From Salinivirgaceae bacterium (GTDB lineage Bacteria; Bacteroidota; Bacteroidia; Bacteroidales; SZUA-534), in contig JBAYKX010000001.1 in NCBI GenBank assembly GCA_041664345.1, positions 42,925 to 106,924 on the forward strand: a DNA stretch of 64,000 nt. Reading direction: 5' to 3'. The translations under genes and the position numbers were made by a program. The notes beneath the pieces were generated by a model. That model was given only the letters and a program-made list of their open reading frames with translations, was not told where the DNA came from and ran no database searches. Numbering within the stretch: the first letter of the stretch is position 1; each line of letters opens with the position of its first letter. Of the stretch, positions 1 to 9,414 are shown in pieces.

Positions 1-52
1 GCGGCATAGGGGATTGTTGGTTAATAGAATATGAAAATAATTGAGATTTATC

Positions 53-595
53 TTATTGGGTTTTAAATCCTACTTTAGTGCGATTCTTCTGTTCAAGCTC
101 ATCCCGTTTGGAGAGTTCAAATTGTTTTATGTATTCCAACAGTAACATTATTTTGTCATCGTGATCAGCTAATTTAGTTTCAAACTGCTCAAATTTCAGT
201 AACAAATCTTTATGAGTTGCCAACATATTACGTATTTTGGTATAAACACGCATAATTTGTATATTCACCTTTATTGCTAAGTCACTATTCAAAACACTTG
301 AAAGCATTAAAACCCCGTGTTCTGTGAAAACATAAGGTATGGTTCGACGGCCTCCCCAACTTGAGGTCGCAATTTGCGACTTCAAGTTATTAAATTCAAC
401 TTGCGATAATTGAAACATAAAGTCTTCCGGAAAACGATTCGTGTTGCGTTTAACTTGTTCATTCAACCGTTTGGTTTCCACTCCGTAAAGCTCAGCCAGG
501 TCGGTGTCGAGCATTACTTTTTCACCCCGAATAAAATAGATTTTACTCATTACAAATTCGTCAGGTATAATCGATAATGGCTTTATTTTACTCAT
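53..595 (-). CDS. ORF6N-domain (KilA-N-like DNA-binding) protein
   Basis: 180-aa ORF. The N-terminal half (IRGEKVMLDTDLAELYGVETKRLNEQVKRNTNRFPEDFMFQL ... RRTIPYVFTEHGVLMLSSVL) matches the ORF6N signature common in Bacteroidota. The C-terminal tail looks coiled-coil. Confidence 0.75.
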   Translation of the reverse strand: MSKIKPLSIIPDEFVMSKIYFIRGEKVMLDTDLAELYGVETKRLNEQVKRNTNRFPEDFMFQLSQVEFNNLKSQIATSSWGGRRTIPYVFTEHGVLMLSSVLNSDLAIKVNIQIMRVYTKIRNMLATHKDLLLKFEQFETKLADHDDKIMLLLEYIKQFELSKRDELEQKNRTKVGFKTQ

Positions 596-973
596 ATGGC
601 TATTTTTTGCTCTCTAAATTTAATTTAAAAATTGGATATCACAAAACCGGATATTAATAGTTTTAATTTCGATAGGAGTCCTATTATGAACAGAATTGGC
701 CCCATATCTTACAGTGACTGACATAGCTCGCCAAGCTCCAGCCCAGTATTGGACAAATGATTCCGACACCAACAGCTATCGTGATTTGGCATGTTGGCGT
801 TCCATTCATTGGCGGATTAAGGAGAAGAAGAACCCGAAAATTTGGAATTCAATTCTTTGCAGCATGCGCTGCGATTTCCAAAAAGCCCGGCGCTGCTGCC
901 AGACATTTTATTGCTAGCAACTACAAAAGGATTGACTTTGTTGAACTTCGATTTGTATCGTAGTAGATTAAAA

Positions 974-1000
974 TACCATACGAGTGGACTCGTGCGGTAG
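974..1000. repeat. Short hairpin repeat; inverted copy at 60101-60128
   Basis: taccatacgagtggactcgtgcggtag matches the reverse complement of 60101-60128 (ctaccacacgaggggactcgtgcggtag) with 2-3 mismatches. Each copy folds as a roughly 9-bp stem with a 4-nt loop. Confidence 0.6.
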
Positions 1001-1063
1001 CTAAGCATTAAACAAAAAGCCTGGCATTGAGCCAAGCTTTCTTATTTTTATGTTTTTATTCTA

Positions 1064-2527
1064 TTAATAAACCAATGTTTGAATGGAATGGGCTAAAATT
1101 TCAACGGTAGTTTTAGTAGAACCTACAAACAAATTGTAGGTTATCGGGCCATCGCTTTGGTTCATTACCACAGTTGCCATGGTTCCATCGGTATTCAAAA
1201 ACGAAGTGCTTATTAACTGGCTCCGGCTGCAAGCGGTGCTTACCCGTTTGGCATCGGGATGGATGAATTTCGAGAAATGGCCAATGTAATAATACGAAGG
1301 AGTGTAAATCAATTCTCCGGTGCGGGTATCGCCATGAATGGGCGCAAAGCAAAAATTCCCCACATGGTTAGGGCCACCTGTTTCATCCAAAAGAATGTTC
1401 CAGTCGGTCCAGGCAACGGTTCCATTATTGAAATCATTAATCATTGATAAGCCATATCTTTCGCCATTTGCCCACAATTGGAGCTTTTCAAAATTGAACC
1501 GTTCGTTGCATCCTTCGGTAAAAATCAGATTTTTGGTAGGATAATCTTCTTGTACCTTGCCCACATTTTCGAACATAGGTTTGCCACCACTCCAGCTTTC
1601 GTACCAATGGAATCCCATTCCCCATGCATATTTTGATGCTTCAGGATCGTCGAAAATTACGTTAGCACGTTGAGTCATCAAATCGCGGTTGTGATCCCAA
1701 ACAATTATTTTTTTATCACTCAACCCTTGTTTTTCCATTATGGGTCCCAGAAAATTTTTCAAAAAATCACGCTCATTTTCGGCAGTATATATGCACGATT
1801 CCCAGGTTTGTTTTGCCATGGGTTCGTTTTGAACAGAAATAGCCCAAACAGGTATCCCTTCCTTTTCATAAGCTTTTACAAACTTGGTAAAATAGGTAGC
1901 CCAACTTTCATAAAATTCTGGTAGCAGTATTCCGCCGTGCAAGATATCGTTGTTGTCTTTCATAAAAGCCGGTGGGCTCCATGGACTGGCGTATAAAGGA
2001 AGTTTTCCGCCGGCTGCTTTAATAGCCTGCTTAATGAGCGGGATTCGGAATTGTTTGTCGTGTTCAATGCTGAACGATTTTAATTCTTTATCGCCCTCGG
2101 TTATATAGGTGTAACTTCCGCTGCTAAAATCACAACTGTGGATGTTGGTGCGCGCTAACGTATAGCCAATTCCTTTGGCTTTGTCGAAATAGGCATCCAA
2201 AAATTCCTGTTGCTTGGCTATTGGCAATTTAGCAAAAACCTCGGCACTGGCATCGGTTATGGCTCCACCAATTCCTATAAATGTTTGATAGGTTTTGGTT
2301 GGGTTCACAAAAACACAAACTTCTGTTTCAAGGGGTTGTACTGCAGGGGCAAAAACCAGTTTATTGGTCTGGGCTAATCGTTGATTGGCCGTTTCAGAGG
2401 TGGTGTAAACGGTCCCACTTTTCCCTTCGGTGGTGAATTTTTGTTGTGCATTCGACCCTGCTTTTTCCTGACAAGAAGCAAGAACAAAAAACAAGGTTCC
2501 TAAAATTGCGAGAATTGGTTTTTTCAT
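1064..2527 (-). CDS. Glycoside hydrolase family 30 (glucosylceramidase-like) lipoprotein
   Basis: 487-aa ORF with a lipoprotein signal peptide (FVLASCQEK). GH30-type catalytic contexts are present: WAISVQNEP (acid/base Glu) and NLIFTEGC (nucleophile Glu). Confidence 0.85.
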   Translation of the reverse strand: MKKPILAILGTLFFVLASCQEKAGSNAQQKFTTEGKSGTVYTTSETANQRLAQTNKLVFAPAVQPLETEVCVFVNPTKTYQTFIGIGGAITDASAEVFAKLPIAKQQEFLDAYFDKAKGIGYTLARTNIHSCDFSSGSYTYITEGDKELKSFSIEHDKQFRIPLIKQAIKAAGGKLPLYASPWSPPAFMKDNNDILHGGILLPEFYESWATYFTKFVKAYEKEGIPVWAISVQNEPMAKQTWESCIYTAENERDFLKNFLGPIMEKQGLSDKKIIVWDHNRDLMTQRANVIFDDPEASKYAWGMGFHWYESWSGGKPMFENVGKVQEDYPTKNLIFTEGCNERFNFEKLQLWANGERYGLSMINDFNNGTVAWTDWNILLDETGGPNHVGNFCFAPIHGDTRTGELIYTPSYYYIGHFSKFIHPDAKRVSTACSRSQLISTSFLNTDGTMATVVMNQSDGPITYNLFVGSTKTTVEILAHSIQTLVY

Positions 2528-2723
2528 CGTTTTAAGTTTTTGTATGGTTCAACTCTTAGTTTAAGTTTTACGATTTTTAACACATAGTTTGAACTGCGAT
2601 ATAGAAGCAAATTTAAATTAATATATGGCCAATGAAAATTAATCGAAAGAAATAAATTAATGCTACAAAATAACAGTCCATTTCATAGCTTTAAATTTTA
2701 ACAAATAATTGGCCCGTGTGGGC

Positions 2724-2750
2724 AAAAAAAAACCCCTGAAAATTCAGAGG
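2724..2750 (-). terminator. Rho-independent terminator downstream of tRNA-Gln
   Basis: On the minus strand: CCTCTGA-ATTT-TCAGGGG (7-bp stem, one G-U pair) followed by a T9 run. Confidence 0.6.
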
Positions 2751-2755
2751 TTTTG

Positions 2756-2826
2756 TTGACCCATAAGGATTCGAACCTTAACTGGCTGAACCAAAATCAG
2801 AAGTGCTACCATTACACCATGGGTCA
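2756..2826 (-). tRNA. tRNA-Gln (anticodon UUG)
   Basis: Minus-strand sequence TGACCCATGGTGTAATGGTAGCACTTCTGATTTTGGTTCAGCCAGTTAAGGTTCGAATCCTTATGGGTCA folds as a cloverleaf. It has a U1:A72 acceptor pair typical of bacterial tRNA-Gln, a GTTCGAATC T-loop and anticodon loop TTTTGGT (UUG). CCA is not encoded. Confidence 0.85.
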
Positions 2827-2999
2827 GTACCAATAATGTGGGTGCAAAAGTAAATTATTTTTCTTCCCTTGCAAAGAAATCACAAGAAAATTATTTGTCA
2901 ATTTCAGGTATTGCTATTAAAGGCGAAAAAAGTGATTTATGTAATTGAATTATAACCTGTTAATGTATTCTATTTTCTAATATTTCAAGATACATTTTT

Positions 3000-3653
3000 A
3001 TGTTTGAAATAGTTGCATCTTTGTTTTTTGCTTTTACTATGAATATTCATCGACCTCCTAAATGGTTACGGGCTCTTTATTACAGTGTTGATTGGAAAAT
3101 TACAGACCAATCCAACAGCTTATTTCTGACTTTTGATGACGGTCCAACCCCTGAAGTTACCGAATGGGTTTTGGAACAGCTTGATTTGTTTAATGCCAAA
3201 GCCACTTTTTTTTGCATTGGCCGGAATGTGGAACATTATCCCGATATTTATTCAAAAATAATAGAAAAAGGACACGCCGTAGGTAACCACACCTATAGCC
3301 ATTTAAAAGGCTGGAAAACACCTACCGAAGAGTATATAAACGATGTAGAATTAGCCTCCCAGTTCATTCGTTCCAATCTTTTTCGTCCACCTTATGGGCG
3401 AATTCGCCGGAAACAAATTAAAAAATTAAAAGCGCTGGGTTACCGTCTGTATATGTGGGATGTGCTTTCGGAGGATTACAATGCCGCCATTGGCCCCGAA
3501 AAGTGTCTGGAATATGTAATGAAATATACCGAGGCTGGATCTATTATCGTATTTCACGATTCGGTTAAAGCCAGTAAAAACTTATATGCGGTGTTACCGG
3601 CTATTTTAAAATATTACAAAGAAAAAGGATTTGTATTTCGGGAATTGAAATGA
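3000..3653 (+). CDS. Polysaccharide deacetylase (NodB homology domain) family protein
   Basis: 217-aa ORF with NodB motifs TFDDGP and GNHTYSH, plus RPPYG. The start could instead be the internal Met (MNIHRPPKW). Confidence 0.85.
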   Translation: MFEIVASLFFAFTMNIHRPPKWLRALYYSVDWKITDQSNSLFLTFDDGPTPEVTEWVLEQLDLFNAKATFFCIGRNVEHYPDIYSKIIEKGHAVGNHTYSHLKGWKTPTEEYINDVELASQFIRSNLFRPPYGRIRRKQIKKLKALGYRLYMWDVLSEDYNAAIGPEKCLEYVMKYTEAGSIIVFHDSVKASKNLYAVLPAILKYYKEKGFVFRELK

Positions 3654-3678
3654 TTTTATATATTTGCATCGCTGTTTT

Positions 3679-3752
3679 GGGGGATTAGCTCAGTTGGCTA
3701 GAGCGTTTGGCTGGCAGCCAAAAGGTCATCGGTTCGATTCCGATATTCTCCA
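3679..3752 (+). tRNA. tRNA-Ala (anticodon GGC)
   Basis: GGGGGATTAGCTCAGTTGGCTAGAGCGTTTGGCTGGCAGCCAAAAGGTCATCGGTTCGATTCCGATATTCTCCA folds as a cloverleaf. It has the G3:U70 Ala identity pair and anticodon loop CTGGCAG (GGC). Confidence 0.9.
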
Positions 3753-3757
3753 CAAAG

Positions 3758-3778
3758 ACCCACGATATGTGGGTTTTT
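3758..3778 (+). terminator. Rho-independent terminator after tRNA-Ala
   Basis: ACCCAC-gatat-GTGGGT followed by TTTT. Confidence 0.6.
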
Positions 3779-3927
3779 GTGTTTATAGCCATTTATACCC
3801 ATATATTGTATTCTGAAAAATTTGACCGATTTTACTATGGACAAACAGAGGATTTACAATCTCGCCCTCAAAACCTAATTCGGTAAAAATACCTTCATCT
3901 CTATTTTTTTACCAACAACCAAAATAA
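3779..3927 (+). pseudogene. Decayed GIY-YIG nuclease family gene remnant
   Basis: Starting at a GTG, the frame reads FIAIYTHILYSEKFDRFYYGQTEDLQSR, the N-terminal GIY-YIG motif of small Bacteroidota GIY-YIG proteins. It stops after 35 codons. A +1 frame continues NSGKNTFIS..., matching the expected HNSG segment, then terminates early. Confidence 0.45.
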
Positions 3928-3988
3928 GTTGAACCCCTTAAAAACAAATCAATTTTATTATTTTTGATAAAAATCAAATTAACAACCT

Positions 3989-4810
3989 ATGAATGAATTT
4001 ATCTGGAACAGTAAGAAAATTTCTTATATCGAGCAAGGACAAGGACTACCGGTGGTATTGCTGCACGGATATCTGGAAACCAAAGAAGTTTGGAACGGAT
4101 TTGCCCAACGTATAGCCACCCATTATCGGGTAATAATTCCCGATATTCCGGGTCATGGTAGCAGTGAAGTGCTTTCGGAAACCCATTCCATGGAATTAAT
4201 GGCTCAAGCTATTCATGCATTGTTGCAATCCCGTTCCATTAAAAAATGTGTATTGGTGGGGCATAGTATGGGCGGCTATGTAATGCTAGCTTTTGCGCAA
4301 CTATTTCCTGAAAATGTGGCCGGACTGGTTCTCCTTCACAGCTCGGTTTATGCCGATACCGAGGAAAAAAAGAAGAGCCGGTTGCAGGAAATTGATATGA
4401 TTGAAAAGGGTCGTTTGAACCAAATAATTGCCAACCATTTACCCAAGACCTTTGCATCGGAAAACCTGACACGGTTTCAACCCATTTTGGATGAAATGAA
4501 TCAAAGAGCTCTTAGGCATGATACAAAAGGGGTTTGTGCCCTTATACGAGGCATGATGGAGCGCCCCGATAGACAAGAATTGATTCGCAACTTTAGTAAA
4601 CCCATGCTTTTTATTTTTGGAAAAAAAGACAATTTTATTTCGGTGGATGCAGCAGAAAGGATGTTGCTTTTGAATGCAAAAATTCAATCGGAGTGGCTAT
4701 ACAATTCGGGCCACATGGGCTTTATGGAAGAACCGGATGAGGCAATAGCTACCATTGAAAGTTTTATGAATAATTCATTTTCGGAAATCAACAAAAACAA
4801 AAAGTCATGA
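3989..4810 (+). CDS. Alpha/beta hydrolase fold protein
   Basis: 273-aa ORF with an LLHG oxyanion region, the GHSMGG nucleophile elbow and a C-terminal SGHMGF catalytic His region. Confidence 0.8.
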   Translation: MNEFIWNSKKISYIEQGQGLPVVLLHGYLETKEVWNGFAQRIATHYRVIIPDIPGHGSSEVLSETHSMELMAQAIHALLQSRSIKKCVLVGHSMGGYVMLAFAQLFPENVAGLVLLHSSVYADTEEKKKSRLQEIDMIEKGRLNQIIANHLPKTFASENLTRFQPILDEMNQRALRHDTKGVCALIRGMMERPDRQELIRNFSKPMLFIFGKKDNFISVDAAERMLLLNAKIQSEWLYNSGHMGFMEEPDEAIATIESFMNNSFSEINKNKKS

Positions 4811-5697
4811 AAAAATTTATTGTTTGTTTTCTATTCGTTTTTCCATTGTGGCTGAGTGCCCAGCAATCGGATAATTTAGCTGTAAAATGGGAAGAGCTTA
4901 CCACGCCTGATTTTGTGAAAGCCGTGTCGCAATCGGGCAAAGTTTGCATTCTACCCATAGGAGTGGTTGAAAAACACGGGCCTCACATGCCGCTTGGTAC
5001 CGATTTGATCAACATCCGAGCCACTGTGTTTGAAGCTGTTAAGCAAGAATATGCGGTGGTTTTTCCGGAATACTATGTGAGCCAGATAAACGAGGCAAGG
5101 CACCAGCCCGGTGTAATTGCTTATAGCCCTGACCTAATATGGAAAATGTTGTTGGAAACCTGTGACGAAATTGCCCGCAATGGATTCGAAAAAATAATTT
5201 TTGTAAACGGGCATGGAGGCAATGGCAGCTTTTTACCCTATTTTTGCATGTCGCTTTTGTCGGAAAAAAGGGATTATGCCGTGTATCTTTTCCAACCGGC
5301 ACCCGATTCGGTGGAACACCTCAAGGTTGAAAAGCTAATGAATAAATTATCGCCGGAAGCGGGTGGCGGACATGCCGGGGCTACCGAGACCTCTTTTATG
5401 ATGGCGGTGCGTCCCGACCTTATTAAAATGAATGAAGCTGAAACGCAATCGGGAGAAGACCAAAACCATTTGCCTGATTTGAATTACTCGTACACCGGAA
5501 TTTGGTGGTATGCAAAGTTTCCAAACCACTATTTTGGACATGGAAAATACGCTACCCCGGAACTGGGGCAGGCAATGCTGACGGAAGATGTGAGTCAACT
5601 GGTTAAAATGATACGCGAAGTGAAAACCGATACCAAAGTATTGGAACTACAAAAAGAATTTTACGAGCGTTCGGAGCATCCCATTGACACCAAGTAA
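4807..5697 (+). CDS. Creatininase (creatinine amidohydrolase) family protein, exported
   Basis: 296-aa ORF with a signal peptide (LWLSAQQ). Family motifs are present: PIGVVEKHGPHMPLGTD and VNGHGGN. ATGA start/stop overlap with the upstream hydrolase gene. Confidence 0.75.
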   Translation: MKKFIVCFLFVFPLWLSAQQSDNLAVKWEELTTPDFVKAVSQSGKVCILPIGVVEKHGPHMPLGTDLINIRATVFEAVKQEYAVVFPEYYVSQINEARHQPGVIAYSPDLIWKMLLETCDEIARNGFEKIIFVNGHGGNGSFLPYFCMSLLSEKRDYAVYLFQPAPDSVEHLKVEKLMNKLSPEAGGGHAGATETSFMMAVRPDLIKMNEAETQSGEDQNHLPDLNYSYTGIWWYAKFPNHYFGHGKYATPELGQAMLTEDVSQLVKMIREVKTDTKVLELQKEFYERSEHPIDTK

Positions 5698-5883
5698 TAA
5701 AAGTGATTTTAGTTGAGGGGTAAACCATAAGAATTATTCTCAATTCAATTCCCCAATCTGAATGTGGACTTGCAAAAGGTAAGTCCCGCTATAACACTCC
5801 TACATTGTTTTGCAACAAAATTTTGGAAAATTAATTTTATTTGTACTTTCGTTAAAGCAGTGTAAATATAAGAAAGCGTACCT

Positions 5884-8800
5884 ATGAAAAAGTCATTAGT
5901 ATTTTTGGTTTTGTGTTTAACCTTCTTGTATTCGAATGCCCAAAAATTGGAATTGCTTGTGCAATCGGGGCATACAGGTGTAGTTTACTCGGTGTGTTTT
6001 AGTCCCGATGGAAAATATATTCTAACCGCTGGGCAAGATAACAAAGCAAAACTTTGGGATTTTGCTTCCCGTACCGAGATCAAAGTTTATAATGGGCATT
6101 CTAAATCAGTTAATTCAGCCTGTTTTACTTCCGATGGAAAATACATATTAACCTGTAGTGATGATAATACGGCAATCCTCTTTAATACAGTAACCGGCGA
6201 TATAATTCAACGATACTTGGGCCATACCGGTTATATTATGGACGCAGCCATTAGCCCTGACGGTAAATTTGTGGTAACCGGTAGTCAGGACAAAACAGCT
6301 AAATTATGGGATTTGGCAACAGGTAAGGAATTGAAAACATTCCCGGGACTTAGGTTTGATGTGTTAAAAGTTTGTTTTAGCCCCGATTCAAAAACCGTTT
6401 TGACCAGCCACATGCTCGATGGTGTTGCCATATTGTGGGATGTTGAAACGGGAGCAAAAATCAGGGAATTTGTTATGGAACCCAATATGGGTGTGCAGGT
6501 TTCAGCCATTAGCCCCGATGGCAAATATGTAGCTATTGGATATGCATCGTGGGTAGCCACGTATGATATATCAACCGGAGAGCGAATCCTGAATATTCAA
6601 GCCAATCAAGAACTTAAGCAAGTATCGGGAATTGCATATACTAAGGATGGCAGCTATTTTGCCACCTGCAGTTACGATAAAACCATTGTACTTTGGGATG
6701 CAAAAACGGGAGATAAAATTAGAACATACAATAGACATTGGACACAGGTCCGTTCCATAGCTTTTAGCCCCGATAACAAGTACATGGTATCGGGAGGGGG
6801 ATATATGGACGATAGGGAGCAGGAAAGAATTCGGATATGGGATGTTGAACAAGGTTATCAGGTGGGAGCCTTAACCGGTAAAGTGAACGAATGGATATGG
6901 GCGGCCGATATAAGCGGCGATGACCGGTATTTGCTAACCGGAGGCGAAAGCCAGGTGGCAAAACTGTGGGATCTTTCACTCGGTAAAATTATTCAGTCCT
7001 ATTCGGGCCATAGTGAACAAATTAATGCAGTAGCTATTAGCCCCGATTGCAAAATGATTGCTACAGCAGGTGGCGCCCATTATTCCAATGGTCATGATTT
7101 TACCATGAGGGTTTGGGATTTTGAATCGGGAAAAATGATAAATTCTTTCGACCACGATTATTATGTGAGTGATGTAAAATTTAGTGCTGACAACAAATTC
7201 CTTGTATCAGGAAGCATCGATTGCCGACCAAAATTGTATAATCGGACCACAAATACCATAGACCGGGTTTTTTATATTAATTCTGAACCAATAAACAGCG
7301 TTGCATTTAGTCCCGACAGTAAATCTGTTTTGTTTGGTTTGGGTAGTTTAGGAAATAACCGCGATAATTCTGCTCAAATATGGGATATAACAAAAAACTT
7401 TTATAGCCTCTGTACTTTCGGCCACAATAGAGCCGATTATAATATTATTACCCCGGTTGAATTTGTAAAATACAGCAATAACGGCAAGCTATATGTGTCG
7501 CAAGGCGGAGGTACGGTAATTGTTAGAGATGCAATAACAGGAGTTGCAAAAGACTCATTGAATAAACTGGATCAAGGCATTCATCTTACTACTCCTTTTT
7601 TCATGTCCGACGATAAAACCCTACTAACTGGAAGTGAAGAGGGTTCAGTTTTTAAATGGGATGTAAACACAGGGGCTGAATTAAGCAGGTTTACTGCCGA
7701 CCCGTATATTCAAGCCATCGATAAAAAAGGAAAATTTATGGTAACAAGAGGTGAAGGAGCTTTGGTGAAATTGTGGGATATTCAAACGGGACAATTAGTT
7801 GCCACATTCATGTCGGTTGGGAAAGATGATTGGGCAATTGTAACGCCCCAAGGGTATTATATGGCCTCCAAGGGAGCAACAAACTATGTACGTTTTGTGA
7901 ATGGTTTAAATTCATACACATTTGATAATCTCGATTTGATATTAAACAGGCCCGATATTGTAATCAAAAACTTGGGTGTTGCCGATGCAAGTCTTGTAAA
8001 TACCTATAAACAGGCTTATTTGAAACGACTTAAAAGAATGAAATTAAAAGAAAGTGATATTTCGCTTGAAATGCACTTACCAAAAATTCAATTTGCCGAA
8101 AACAACTTCCCCATGGAAACCGATCAAAATAACATAACGCTTAAAATAGAGGTTTCCGACGATTTGTATCCGTTAGACCGGATTAACGTTTTCATAAACG
8201 ACGTGCCTATTTACGGTATAAACGGCATTTCATTGGCCAATCAAAATGGGTTGCAAATAAACAAAGAAATAACTGTTAAACTTGCCGATGGAAAGAACAA
8301 AATACAAATTTCAGCTTTAAATAAAAAAGGTGCCGAAAGCCTAAGGGAAGGCTTTGAAATTGAGTATAAAACACCATCAGTAAAACACAACTTATACATA
8401 GTTGCCATTGGTATTTCAGAATATGTAAACAAAGCCATGAATTTAACTTATGCCGCTAAAGATGCCAATGATTTGCTGACCCTCATGCAAACAAAAAATG
8501 ATTTGTATAATGAAGTAAAAGCGTTTCCCATTTTAAACCGGGATGCTGTTAAAGCAACTATCTTAAATGTGAAACAGGAATTATTGAAATCCGATATCAA
8601 CGATGAAGTAATTCTCTTTATAGCCGGTCACGGGTTATTGGATAAAAACCTGGATTGGTACCTGGGTACACACGATGTTGATTTTAACAATCCGGCAGCC
8701 AAAGGGGTTGTTTATGAATATTTGGAGGGATTGCTGGATAGTATTCCTGCCTTAAAAAAGATATTAATTATGGATGCCTGTAATTCAGGCGAAGTGGATA

Positions 8801-9222
8801 AAGAAGAAAGCCAGCTTGTAACGGCTGTAACCGATACAACCAATAGCTTTGTAAAAAGCCGGGGTTTTAAAACCATCCAATCAACATCAACAAACAAATC
8901 GCAGGGAATTGGATTGAAAAACTCCTTTGAATTGATGCAGAGTATGTTTGCCAATATTCAAAAAGGCTCAGGAGCCATAGTAATTTCATCGGCAAGTGGT
9001 TCCGAATTTGCATTTGAATCGTCGGAGTGGCAGAATGGGGTTTTTACCTATTCATTGCTGGAGGGGATAAAATCGATGAATGCGGATGCCAATAAGGATT
9101 ACACCATTACCGTTTCGGAATTAAACGATTATGTAAGTAAACGGGTTAAGGAATTGACCCAAGGAAAGCAAAATCCGACTTCGCGGAAAGAAAACCTGTT
9201 GTTCGATTATCGGGTTTGGTAA
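5884..9222 (+). CDS. Exported WD40-repeat protein with C-terminal caspase-like (peptidase C14) domain
   Basis: 1112-aa ORF with a signal peptide (FLYSNAQK). It has a dozen or more WD40 units ending in ..LWD/IWD/VWD (GHTGVVYSVCFSPDGKYILTAGQDNKAKLWD and others). The C-terminus carries a caspase His/Cys dyad context: VILFIAGHGLLD and KILIMDACNSGE. Confidence 0.85.
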   Translation: MKKSLVFLVLCLTFLYSNAQKLELLVQSGHTGVVYSVCFSPDGKYILTAGQDNKAKLWDFASRTEIKVYNGHSKSVNSACFTSDGKYILTCSDDNTAILFNTVTGDIIQRYLGHTGYIMDAAISPDGKFVVTGSQDKTAKLWDLATGKELKTFPGLRFDVLKVCFSPDSKTVLTSHMLDGVAILWDVETGAKIREFVMEPNMGVQVSAISPDGKYVAIGYASWVATYDISTGERILNIQANQELKQVSGIAYTKDGSYFATCSYDKTIVLWDAKTGDKIRTYNRHWTQVRSIAFSPDNKYMVSGGGYMDDREQERIRIWDVEQGYQVGALTGKVNEWIWAADISGDDRYLLTGGESQVAKLWDLSLGKIIQSYSGHSEQINAVAISPDCKMIATAGGAHYSNGHDFTMRVWDFESGKMINSFDHDYYVSDVKFSADNKFLVSGSIDCRPKLYNRTTNTIDRVFYINSEPINSVAFSPDSKSVLFGLGSLGNNRDNSAQIWDITKNFYSLCTFGHNRADYNIITPVEFVKYSNNGKLYVSQGGGTVIVRDAITGVAKDSLNKLDQGIHLTTPFFMSDDKTLLTGSEEGSVFKWDVNTGAELSRFTADPYIQAIDKKGKFMVTRGEGALVKLWDIQTGQLVATFMSVGKDDWAIVTPQGYYMASKGATNYVRFVNGLNSYTFDNLDLILNRPDIVIKNLGVADASLVNTYKQAYLKRLKRMKLKESDISLEMHLPKIQFAENNFPMETDQNNITLKIEVSDDLYPLDRINVFINDVPIYGINGISLANQNGLQINKEITVKLADGKNKIQISALNKKGAESLREGFEIEYKTPSVKHNLYIVAIGISEYVNKAMNLTYAAKDANDLLTLMQTKNDLYNEVKAFPILNRDAVKATILNVKQELLKSDINDEVILFIAGHGLLDKNLDWYLGTHDVDFNNPAAKGVVYEYLEGLLDSIPALKKILIMDACNSGEVDKEESQLVTAVTDTTNSFVKSRGFKTIQSTSTNKSQGIGLKNSFELMQSMFANIQKGSGAIVISSASGSEFAFESSEWQNGVFTYSLLEGIKSMNADANKDYTITVSELNDYVSKRVKELTQGKQNPTSRKENLLFDYRVW

Positions 9223-9414
9223 GTAACAGTTTTTTTGTGCAAGTTATTTCTAATTGCTACAACTTAGCGAAGCGTTCTCGCACCTGTTCTGATTTTTACT
9301 ATACCCTTGGGCAGGAAAACTTAAAGCGGGTGATGGAAATGTAGATTTCCGGTGGACATAACATCAGGATGCTATAGATAGTTCTTGAATATAGAACCAT
9401 TTGATTCTTTTCCC

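Noticed and set aside
3989-5697. The ATGA overlap of the alpha/beta hydrolase and creatininase-family genes as something unusual.
   Set aside because: Four-base start/stop overlaps are common translational coupling in bacterial operons.
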